A stretch of DNA of 64,000 nucleotides. Source: Candidatus Dojkabacteria bacterium HGW-Dojkabacteria-1. Lineage in GTDB: Bacteria > Patescibacteriota > Dojkabacteria > SC72. Positions 10,069 through 17,610 of this stretch are shown here, one piece after another (the first letter of the stretch is position 1; each line of letters opens with the position of its first letter). The DNA lies in NCBI GenBank assembly GCA_002840365.1, contig PHAO01000001.1, forward strand, positions 441,337 through 505,336, given 5' to 3'. Under the pieces are notes generated by a model. The model was not told the DNA's origin, searched no databases, and worked only from the letters and a program-made list of their open reading frames with translations. The translations under genes and the position numbers were made by a program.

Positions 10069-10341
10069 TTATTTTTCTAATTTACTCACTCTACAACCAC
10101 TGTTTGTACCCTTTTTAACTATTTGTACTCTTTCATTGATTTGCATTAATGTGTATATGTACAATGAAAGAGGATTAGTAAGTTCCTCTTGGATAATTGG
10201 AGTAGGATATTCTTTTATTAGTACATTCCGAACCACTTTTCTCATTACAAAGCACAAAAGATACCAATTTAGGTATCTCTTTGATTTTCCCTGGGAGTGA
10301 AGATATAAAATATCATTCTGCCGCCAGTATCGGAACCTCAA
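10069..10341 (-). CDS. small hypothetical protein inside the island
   Basis: 90-aa ORF co-directional with island genes, 4 nt upstream of rep; no motif recognised; may not be real. Confidence 0.25.
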   Translation of the reverse strand: MRFRYWRQNDILYLHSQGKSKRYLNWYLLCFVMRKVVRNVLIKEYPTPIIQEELTNPLSLYIYTLMQINERVQIVKKGTNSGCRVSKLEK

Positions 10342-10544
10342 AGAGGTTGGGCAGTTTTAATATTTATATAACTAATTATAACACAATTTTTTGGACAACA
10401 AAAACTAGCAACTACATTAACAATTGCTCATGGTTAGGAAATAGGTTTTTGAAGTTATTTAGGAACAGGGTAGAATTTATAGATTTAATTGATTCAATAA
10501 ATTTCTGTTCAAAATACGCCCACTGCTTCACCCCATCTTACCTA

Positions 10545-11909
10545 CTAACTACTCGTAGTCCAAGTAACACCACCATACCTATCATTAATATTAGCTTTCT
10601 TGTTTGAATATATTTCATTCAATATTTTTGGTACTGCAGCTAAATCCTTTGGTATTTGAAATAGATGCTCAACAACCTTCCCTCCCTTTGAATCTCGTAC
10701 CCTTTGATCAATAACTAAATAAGCATTAGTAAAAAAATCATACGGAATATACTCACCACCAGGCAATATATCATCAACAGCTCTAGCATGCATTCTCCAA
10801 TTAGACATTTGTTTAATTGCAGCTACCCAATCACTAGGAGTTCTATTTAAATGCCTCGTGGTATTAAGAGACCTTACAACTGTATTGAAATCTATATTCT
10901 TTCTTTCTGCATCTGTTCTTAAAACCTTAGTATACATATAGTCCTCAACACCTACATTAGGTGTGTAATGAGTAATTGCTCTCATACCTGAGACATAGTT
11001 AGCAACCTTACTCATCAAAGCACCACCAGGAAGTGTAATAAACTTTTTCTTATTCTCTATTTGATATCCTAATTGAGTAGGCCCAACAGGAGTAGTAAGT
11101 AGTGGTTTACCACTTTCTTTTTCCATTATCGCAAACAAATCTTTTGTCCCAACAGCAGTTAATTTTCCTCTTACCAAATTGTCATACATAGTTCTAAAAG
11201 GAGTCTTAACTAAAAGACCCCTTTCATCATTAAAACTAAGAATTGTTTCAGCATCCATTTGATATACAAAATCAGGAGCATATCCCTTTACTATTTGTGC
11301 ATAAAGGAAATTAGAAACATCTCTTAATGCTCTAACCTTACCTTTATTCAAATCACTAGAATCTTTTTGTTGCCTAATTAAAAAAGCTCTGCTTTCTCCC
11401 TCTCTTTCATCAATCTCTGCTATCTCAACAGGAATATCCCAAGCAGTAGCAGCATCAATATCTTCAGTATTAGGTTTGCGAGTAATTATTCTTCTAATAC
11501 TTTCCTCTTTTAAATGCTTCTTAAGTAGAGAATCTATACGGTTATACATCTCTTCTCCAATTCTTGGTGATGCTCCTCCTCCATTGTTACATACTAATAG
11601 AAAATCCAGATCGATATTCGAATCTTTTGCTTGTACAAGTAAGTCTTGAAAAGATTTCTCAAACATTGAAGATGTTAAGTATGATTCATCCTCTTCCCAA
11701 AGGGAAATAACTACGCAACCACGAGGTCTTTTTCTTTCAACTTTGTTCTCATTTAAAGACTGTTCCAATTCTGTTACACCTTCTGAATACATTTCTAAAA
11801 TATTCTCTCTTAACACCTCGTTAGGATTTACTTCTGTAGCCTCTATACTGTTGTTAGGTTCCATATACATATACATATATAGGTTAATAATAGATGATAA
11901 CATATTCAA
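10545..11909 (-). CDS. island cargo protein of unknown family
   Basis: 454-aa ORF, first gene of the minus-strand island block; no Walker, NTase, nuclease or capsid signature recognised; three in-frame ATGs within (ATGTAT)3 at the 5' end. Confidence 0.5.
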   Translation of the reverse strand: MNMLSSIINLYMYMYMEPNNSIEATEVNPNEVLRENILEMYSEGVTELEQSLNENKVERKRPRGCVVISLWEEDESYLTSSMFEKSFQDLLVQAKDSNIDLDFLLVCNNGGGASPRIGEEMYNRIDSLLKKHLKEESIRRIITRKPNTEDIDAATAWDIPVEIAEIDEREGESRAFLIRQQKDSSDLNKGKVRALRDVSNFLYAQIVKGYAPDFVYQMDAETILSFNDERGLLVKTPFRTMYDNLVRGKLTAVGTKDLFAIMEKESGKPLLTTPVGPTQLGYQIENKKKFITLPGGALMSKVANYVSGMRAITHYTPNVGVEDYMYTKVLRTDAERKNIDFNTVVRSLNTTRHLNRTPSDWVAAIKQMSNWRMHARAVDDILPGGEYIPYDFFTNAYLVIDQRVRDSKGGKVVEHLFQIPKDLAAVPKILNEIYSNKKANINDRYGGVTWTTSS

Positions 11910-11983
11910 TATGTCTCGACATTTTGCTTTATAGAATAGTATAATTACCCTTATTCAATTCCTTTCAAAAGGAGGTGATTAAA

Positions 11984-12103
11984 GTGCTCAGTAAGCTTTG
12001 GACTAAACTTGTCCATGCTGTGCAGTGGTATTGTTGCTGCAAATGCGACGATTGTCGCAAAGATGACCACTGCGGAGGTCCCAGATGCCATCGCTACGAT
12101 TAG
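11984..12103 (+). CDS. cysteine-rich 39-aa peptide (VLSKLWTKLVHAVQWYCCCKCDDCRKDDHCGGPRCHRYD), GTG start
   Basis: Perfect SD 'AAGGAGGTGA' 5 nt upstream of GTG; 8 Cys and 3 His; region visibly GC-richer than its flanks; followed by a 12-bp hairpin; not in the ORF track because under 60 aa. Confidence 0.4.
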   Translation: MLSKLWTKLVHAVQWYCCCKCDDCRKDDHCGGPRCHRYD

Positions 12104-12120
12104 GATAGGCATCACAAGAG

Positions 12121-12168
12121 GGTAGTCCCAATCACAGATTTATATCTTTCGTATTGGGACTACCTTTT
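12121..12168 (+). terminator. 12-bp perfect stem-loop followed by TTTT (terminator-like)
   Basis: GGTAGTCCCAAT-(20 nt loop)-ATTGGGACTACC then TTTT; 17 nt after the Cys-peptide stop. Confidence 0.35.
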
Positions 12169-12236
12169 CATTCAATTCATTCCTTTCACAAACCTTTACA
12201 TGCTATACTTTATCTATTAAGTTCATTTATATTTGA

Positions 12237-12467
12237 ATGAATAAAAAAATAGCAGTTATCGAAGATGATGGAATATTACTTAAGGCATTAAACATAGAGC
12301 TACTAAGTAAAGGATTTGAAGTAATTTCTGCAACAGATGGAGAGACAGGATTAGGATTGTATATAGCAAAAGCAGTAGTAGAAGCTCATGGTGGTAAAAT
12401 ATGGTTTGAATCTAAAAGTAGAAAAGGAACTACCTTTTACTTTTCTCTTCCAAAAGGTAATAATTAA
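12237..12467 (+). pseudogene. chimeric remnant of a two-component system (receiver N-terminus fused to histidine-kinase HATPase C-terminus)
   Basis: 76-aa ORF: '[36 protein letters not shown]' is receiver-like; '[35 protein letters not shown]' matches the HK G2 box and C-terminal segment; an in-frame deletion scar. Confidence 0.5.
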
Positions 12468-12496
12468 ATATTAACTTAATATCTTTATTCATCTCC

Positions 12497-12925
12497 ATGG
12501 ATAAAAACACAAAATCCACTGCAAGCAGAATTACTGAAGCAGTTTTTGGAATACTCTTTAATCTTCTTTTCTACTATCTCTTAAACAGATTCTATACACT
12601 AGTTCCATTTTTAAATGAAGATTTTGAAAGAATATTACCAATATACAATCTCGCAATAATGGTATCCATCTTTATACATGCTTCTAGAATTCTCTTTGAA
12701 AGTAAAATATACAAAGATATTGGTGAAATCGTTAATACAGGATTTTTTGTATATATTGCATACTTACTTTGGACTATATTTCCATTTAATCTTGAATGGT
12801 TTAACAATACAGCTCTATGGAATATATTGATAAGATTTCTAATTGTAGTTCCTGCATTTATTGCTTTTATTAGTGCTTTTGTATCCCTATTTAAAACCTT
12901 AATAGATATAGGTAGGAAAGTATAA
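12497..12925 (+). CDS. small integral membrane protein (4 TM) of unknown function
   Basis: 142 aa, hydrophobic segments throughout. Confidence 0.5.
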   Translation: MDKNTKSTASRITEAVFGILFNLLFYYLLNRFYTLVPFLNEDFERILPIYNLAIMVSIFIHASRILFESKIYKDIGEIVNTGFFVYIAYLLWTIFPFNLEWFNNTALWNILIRFLIVVPAFIAFISAFVSLFKTLIDIGRKV

Positions 12926-13066
12926 TCCTCTTACCAACCCTATAGTATCATGATATAATATCTCCTGTTCAGTCTTGAGACTTTGCGAGTTGGTCGCTAA
13001 CAAGGTTTCTGTTTTAGACTAAACAAATTGCACTTTAATAATCAACGAACAAATAGGAGATAATCG

Positions 13067-13711
13067 ATGAAAAAGCTTCTTGCTTTAATAGTCCTACTGG
13101 TACTGTGCACTGGCATTGTTCTGGTAACAGAGAAAGTTACAGCGCAAGGTCAGGACACTTGCCCGCAAGGTAATGGCTGGGTTAAGGTTGATGACTTGAG
13201 TGGATATTCTTACACTTTTGATGCTCCCGAAGGGACATTGATTGTGGAGAGCTGCTACAAGGCATCTACCACTGTTGTGTTTGAAACTTACAATCCCCCC
13301 CAGGAATCAGTGACTATTACAAGCACTGTAATAAATCCTGGAGGTCAGATTGCTGAGTTATCACATGCAAGTTTCAAGCTTGTAGTAAAACCAACGGCAA
13401 CACCTCCGATTGAGGAAACGCCTACAGCAACTCCTCCGGTCGAGGAAACGCCTACAGCAACACCTCCGGTCGAGGAAACACCAACGGCAACGCCTCCAGT
13501 TGAGGAAACGCCTACAGCAACACCTCCGGTCGAGGAAACACCAACGGCAACACCTCCAGTTGAGGAAACGCCAAGAGCAACAGAGACACCAGGAGAAATT
13601 ATCACTACGGTTCAAACCGGTGGTGGTGGTATCGCTCCTCTCTTAATCCTGCTAGGCTTTGGAGGTGCATTCCTTCTTTGGGCATTTTTTCGCTCTCGCA
13701 TCGCGAGGTAA
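13067..13711 (+). CDS. secreted cell-surface protein with a conserved N-terminal domain, Thr/Pro/Glu-rich decapeptide repeats and a C-terminal TM anchor
   Basis: Signal peptide. An N-terminal domain of about 80 aa is paralogous to the protein at 37676-38785. TATPPVEETP repeated about 6 times. C-terminal 'GGGG-hydrophobic-RSRIAR' sorting-signal-like tail. GC-richer than the genome by eye. Confidence 0.7.
   Translation: MKKLLALIVLLVLCTGIVLVTEKVTAQGQDTCPQGNGWVKVDDLSGYSYTFDAPEGTLIVESCYKASTTVVFETYNPPQESVTITSTVINPGGQIAELSHASFKLVVKPTATPPIEETPTATPPVEETPTATPPVEETPTATPPVEETPTATPPVEETPTATPPVEETPRATETPGEIITTVQTGGGGIAPLLILLGFGGAFLLWAFFRSRIAR
13391..13590 (+). repeat. 30-nt tandem repeat (about 6.5 copies) encoding the TATPP(V/I)EETP linker
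   Basis: Near-identical 30-mers 'cc(a/t)ac(g/a)gcaac(a/g/t)cctcc(g/a)(a/g)t(t/c)gaggaaac(g/a)' seen directly. Confidence 0.85.
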
Positions 13712-14420
13712 AAAAATAGCCCTTGTGGGAGTTATCCTAGTGCTGATAACTGCTTTTGTTTCAGCACAAACAGTCAAAGAAAATGTGCCAGAAGTGGCGC
13801 AAAGTACTGAGACTGTCGTAGTAACATCTCCTACCCATACCCTTTCGCCTTCGGCAACTCATATCCCTACACAAGTAGTAGTGGAACAAATTGAGGAGCC
13901 AACCCCAATTCCAACCTTACAGCCAACGGAAGAACCGGAGAACATCAGTCTCCAAGGTATCTATACCGTGACTGTCCAGTCGGATGCAATAACCGATTGG
14001 TATAGGAGCTTCTTTAAGGAGCTTAAGGTGGAACTGTGCCAAGAGCCCTGCACTGCAGAGCAAATAATGGCGCAGTTGGGAAAACAAAGCGACAAAGAGT
14101 GGGTAGCAGTCCAACACGGAAGAGTCTTGTACGTCCATTCCGGTTGGAGTATAACTTCTGGTCCCGAGTTTGGAGAAATACTTCTCAGAGTTCATAACTC
14201 TGGAGACCTGAAGTCTGCTGTTATCTGCCTAGAGGAAAGGCGCTGCTTCCAAGTAGTGGACCTTGTACTCCTAGGTAGGGGATCTATAGGTGATAACATA
14301 TCCACTGGAGAGTTGTTCAGCGTAGAACATGGAGACTACTTCATCGTAACTTGCAGTGAACGCTTAATTCCGGGTTTGGAAACACCCAAACTGATCCTCC
14401 AGATTAGAAAAATCGAATAA
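13659..14420 (+). CDS. secreted protein, Thr/Pro-rich N-terminal region plus a Cys-containing C-terminal domain, unknown function
   Basis: ORF-track start at 13659 overlaps the upstream gene by 53 nt; the true start may be GTG 13725, giving a signal peptide MGVILVLITAFVSAQ; GC-richer region. Confidence 0.5.
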   Translation: MEVHSFFGHFFALASRGKKIALVGVILVLITAFVSAQTVKENVPEVAQSTETVVVTSPTHTLSPSATHIPTQVVVEQIEEPTPIPTLQPTEEPENISLQGIYTVTVQSDAITDWYRSFFKELKVELCQEPCTAEQIMAQLGKQSDKEWVAVQHGRVLYVHSGWSITSGPEFGEILLRVHNSGDLKSAVICLEERRCFQVVDLVLLGRGSIGDNISTGELFSVEHGDYFIVTCSERLIPGLETPKLILQIRKIE

Positions 14421-14427
14421 GTGCAAA

Positions 14428-14477
14428 AAGGAAGGGTCTTCGCGACCAAAGCAATAAAGATCCTTCCTTCGATTTTC
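14428..14477. terminator. imperfect 13-bp hairpin between convergent genes (candidate bidirectional terminator)
   Basis: AAGGAAGGGTCTT-(15 nt)-AAAGATCCTTCCTT followed by a T-rich tract. Confidence 0.35.
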
Positions 14478-14671
14478 TAAGACCTCTTTTGAAAAAATTT
14501 CAAATATACAATAGGTAATATACCTACAGTATTAAAAATCAATATACATATATACCATGCTAATTGGTTATTTTTTGCTGCTTTCCACAAGGCAATAGCC
14601 TTCCAAATACCTTCCCACAAAGAAAGTAAAAGAAGAATAGGTAACCATGCCATTAATATTTCTGTATCCAT
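14477..14671 (-). CDS. small 2-TM membrane protein, PLD-nuclease N-terminal (PLDc_N)-like family
   Basis: 64 aa; pattern W..A...WKA.K......W......N..G...Y resembles PLDc_N small membrane proteins. Confidence 0.4.
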   Translation of the reverse strand: MDTEILMAWLPILLLLSLWEGIWKAIALWKAAKNNQLAWYICILIFNTVGILPIVYLKFFQKRS

Positions 14672-14791
14672 ATATAAATATTTTTAACTTATATCAACAT
14701 CATACATTCAAATGAACAATTTTGTTAATATATTTTTCTTAAATATTTTCTGATATAAAAAAAGAGCAAATGGGAACAGAAAGGAGTTAAA

Positions 14792-14920
14792 ATGGTCATT
14801 GTAACTGTTGCATGTCCATGCTGTGGACAGAAGTTTACGGGTACAGGAGAAACGGAACAAGAAGCAAGTGAACTTGCACACGAATCCCTTAATGAACATT
14901 TAGATCTAGAAATTTGTTAA
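14792..14920 (+). CDS. 42-aa zinc-ribbon-like peptide (MVIVTVACPCCGQKFTGTGETEQEASELAHESLNEHLDLEIC)
   Basis: RBS AAAGGAG 7 nt upstream of ATG; CPCC...C motif; followed by a 14-bp perfect hairpin; not in the ORF track because under 60 aa. Confidence 0.35.
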   Translation: MVIVTVACPCCGQKFTGTGETEQEASELAHESLNEHLDLEIC

Positions 14921-14931
14921 ACCCTTTTGCC

Positions 14932-14975
14932 AGTAGAGGCTGTATCGATTTCATATCAAATATACAGCCTCTACT
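14932..14975 (+). terminator. 14-bp perfect hairpin downstream of the small peptide ORF
   Basis: AGTAGAGGCTGTAT-(16 nt)-ATACAGCCTCTACT; no immediate T-run, so function uncertain. Confidence 0.3.
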
Positions 14976-15080
14976 AACTACCTTGTATATTTTAAGAAAA
15001 TAAAAGAAAATATACACATTAGAAAACTCATCAAAACTACAATTTTTTCCTCTATTTTTTTAGTAACAATACTACTTACT

Positions 15081-16664
15081 TTGCTAATATATTCCTTCTT
15101 TTTGTATGAAAAATTTAAATCACCGATTGAAATTCCTAAATATTCATATCAATTAAAAATTCCTACATTAGTGTATAACTCAAAAGAGCTTGAAGTATTA
15201 CCAAGTAATTTTGAAAAAGTTGTAAAAGAAAACAGTATTAAACTTCAAAAAGACAATATTGTTTCACTACTTAACGATGGGTATACATCAATTGAGAAAG
15301 AAGAATTAATCAATATATCCTCTGATACCCCCCTTCTTTTAACAAGTGAAAGTGTCAAAGAATATGTATTACAAAATCTTTCTTTTGAAGATGAGACTCT
15401 AAGTAAAAAGAGTGATTTTGAAAGAGGAAAAATACTTCTAGACTTAAAATACAAGTCTCTCTTTTTACTACCATTCCTCTCCTCAACTGAAAGAAATACC
15501 GTATTAGAAATGTATAAAGGAGATATTACACTTGAGCAGATACAAAACGAAGATATTTTCAAAAAGCTACTTAACCTCTCTGAGAACAAAGAGAAGTACA
15601 TCTCCCTTACCCAATTAAAAGAAGTCTTGATAAAGAATGGAGAAAAACAAATTCTCAATGAAGATATTTCTAATCCAATATACCTAGAAGAAAATAATGA
15701 GTATTACACAAGTCTTTTGGAATATGTTAAAGAGAGAAGAGAAATATTAAAAGATTTTGGAATATATACAGACGAATATGAAGAACTAATATCAGATATT
15801 CAAAAGATAATAGAGAAAGATACAAGTATATATTCAAAGATACTTCATCAAAAAGGAGAGTATTTACTTCTAAAAGAGGTAGACGGAGTATTAACAATCG
15901 CATCAGTAAAGGACAAAAGAGAGAATACAAAGATAAACAATAGCAATTTCGATGAAGAGTATGAAGTTAATCGTACAATGCAATCAAATGGTACTGTTCG
16001 TTTACCTGTCATTATGTATCATCAAATTGAAAATGTTCCTGCAGGAGCATCCTCCTTTGTAGCTGGTCTATTTACTTCCCCCGAGGAGTTCGAGAGACAG
16101 ATTGCATATTTGACAAAAAAGAATTACAAAACAGTTTCTTCAAGGGAATTCTATGAAATATTACAAAGTGGTAAAAATCCAGAACAAAAAACAGTAATGC
16201 TTACCTTTGACGATAGTACTATCTCTCACTATACAAATGCATACAGAATACTTAAGAAATACAATCAAATTGGTACATTCTTTGTTACATCACATAGATC
16301 TCAAATATCTAATGCACAATTAAAAGAAATGTCAGACAATGGAATGGATATACAATCTCATACACAATCTCATCCTGATTTAGTAAAGGTATATGATGCA
16401 GGTAGAATGCAAAGTGAAATAGGGGGAAGTAAAATTGAACTTGAAGCAAGAACAGGAAGGAGTGTAATAGCTCTTGCATATCCAGGATGTGTTGCTGATG
16501 GAAAGGCGTATGGAGCTATGAGTAGTAATGGATATCTTTTGGGTTTCTCTTGTGGAAAAAGTATAGATCATAGAATATCCTCTAGGTATTCACTTGCTAG
16601 AGTACATAATCCATACAATGTAGAGGATTTAAAAAAGATTCTTTCTGGTATATATCCTTTTTAG
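15081..16664 (+). CDS. polysaccharide deacetylase (CE4/NodB homology domain) with a long N-terminal domain of unknown function
   Basis: C-terminal 'VIMYHQI', 'LTFDDSTISHY' and 'HTQSHPDL' motifs typical of the NodB domain (TFDDG, H-x-x-H). Confidence 0.7.
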   Translation: MLIYSFFLYEKFKSPIEIPKYSYQLKIPTLVYNSKELEVLPSNFEKVVKENSIKLQKDNIVSLLNDGYTSIEKEELINISSDTPLLLTSESVKEYVLQNLSFEDETLSKKSDFERGKILLDLKYKSLFLLPFLSSTERNTVLEMYKGDITLEQIQNEDIFKKLLNLSENKEKYISLTQLKEVLIKNGEKQILNEDISNPIYLEENNEYYTSLLEYVKERREILKDFGIYTDEYEELISDIQKIIEKDTSIYSKILHQKGEYLLLKEVDGVLTIASVKDKRENTKINNSNFDEEYEVNRTMQSNGTVRLPVIMYHQIENVPAGASSFVAGLFTSPEEFERQIAYLTKKNYKTVSSREFYEILQSGKNPEQKTVMLTFDDSTISHYTNAYRILKKYNQIGTFFVTSHRSQISNAQLKEMSDNGMDIQSHTQSHPDLVKVYDAGRMQSEIGGSKIELEARTGRSVIALAYPGCVADGKAYGAMSSNGYLLGFSCGKSIDHRISSRYSLARVHNPYNVEDLKKILSGIYPF

Positions 16665-17533
16665 GTAAGTGTTACAGGTGGATTATCACTTCTTGAGAGT
16701 ATTTTTCTTTCATTGGTCTCTTGTTGATATCTCGAGTATTGACCACCTGCAACAAGATTAACACCTTTTCTTTCATTTGCTTTTCTTTCATGAATCATAG
16801 GGGTATCTAAATATCCTTCTAAATGTTGTCTGTAGATTTCTTCATCGTATTTTTTTATCACTTCTTCTGCAGAAACAACTCGAATATTTAATTCACCATT
16901 CTTTATACTCTCTAACCCTTTTAAAAAGTTTTCTGTTCTCTCTTGAGGGAAAGATAACCATGAGAGATTCAAAAGAAGAGCCTGTACTCTTGCACAATGA
17001 TATTCATTTGTAATACAAACTCCATGATTCCATTCATTCTCTTCACATATTTCTACGAGCCTTACAAGCTCTGCAATAGTGTCTAGAGTATCTGGGTCAG
17101 ACAGAATTCTTTCCTCATCTAACCCAAGCATTTTTAACTCCTCCTTCATTACGATACTTGGGGCAGGTTGTTGATCATTCGCATATTTACTTCCTACAAT
17201 TGCTTTAGCCTCAGGCAATATCCTCATGGCTATAGCTCCTGCAGCTACCCTATACGCTCCACCTGAGCACAACCCATTGTTATCTGTTCCCTCAAATCCA
17301 GGAGATTGCCACGTTAATATACCTTCTACTTCCTGTTCTTTTGTACCAGCTGCTAAGATTCTTATTACTTGAGTATCACTACCCAAGAGCTTTTCTAATG
17401 ATTCTTTTTGTTCTAATGTTGTGGGTATTAAAAGTGTATATCCAATCTCCGTTAAGACAGGGCTTAAACTGACTGGTACTTCGGGTTCTTTAGTATCTAC
17501 TTGGACATCTTGATCCAACTCTATATCAGGCAT
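16661..17533 (-). CDS. DUF218/YdcF(SanA)-like protein
   Basis: Motif 'VCITNEYHCARVQALL' resembles the conserved 'TxxYHxxRA' of DUF218; 290 aa. Confidence 0.45.
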   Translation of the reverse strand: MPDIELDQDVQVDTKEPEVPVSLSPVLTEIGYTLLIPTTLEQKESLEKLLGSDTQVIRILAAGTKEQEVEGILTWQSPGFEGTDNNGLCSGGAYRVAAGAIAMRILPEAKAIVGSKYANDQQPAPSIVMKEELKMLGLDEERILSDPDTLDTIAELVRLVEICEENEWNHGVCITNEYHCARVQALLLNLSWLSFPQERTENFLKGLESIKNGELNIRVVSAEEVIKKYDEEIYRQHLEGYLDTPMIHERKANERKGVNLVAGGQYSRYQQETNERKILSRSDNPPVTLT

Positions 17534-17610
17534 ATATGTAATTTAACATATATCGATATAAAAAAAGAAGACCTCCTAAGAGGTCTTCCTTGATATATAT
17601 CTAAAGTATG

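Larger units (their letters stand above)
4252..11983 (-). mobile_element. putative integrated mobile/defence island next to tRNA-His
   Basis: Co-directional 5-gene block: unknown 454 aa, small ORF, Rep_trans-like, Type IIG RM and large serine recombinase. It ends overlapping the 3' end of tRNA-His. The right boundary is uncertain; an AT-rich promoter-like region lies at 11910-11983. Confidence 0.5.

Noticed and set aside
10052-10607. ORFs 10052-10300(+) and 10281-10607(+)
   Set aside because: They overlap island minus-strand genes and the intergenic region, have low-complexity translations and no RBS. The region may instead hold the Rep origin.
12121-12164. Possibility that the 12-bp hairpin (..GTAGTCCCAAT..) is an attR copy of the tRNA-His 3' end (..CAAGTCCCATTAGCC..)
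   Set aside because: Only a 7-8-nt chance-level match (AGTCCCA). Large serine recombinases do not generate long direct repeats, so this cannot define the island boundary. It is kept as a terminator-like hairpin.
13345-13646. Three ORFs (two minus, one plus) spanning the 30-nt tandem repeat
   Set aside because: These are artefacts of the repeat, which keeps alternative frames open (poly-VGVSSTGG / RRCC / QQHLRSRK translations). The real frame is the TATPPVEETP one of gene 13067-13711.
14708-14899. ORF 14708-14899(-), 63 aa
   Set aside because: It overlaps, in antisense, a plus-strand small ORF that has a good RBS and terminator. Its translation is Phe/Lys/Cys low-complexity. Kept only as an alternative in a finding.
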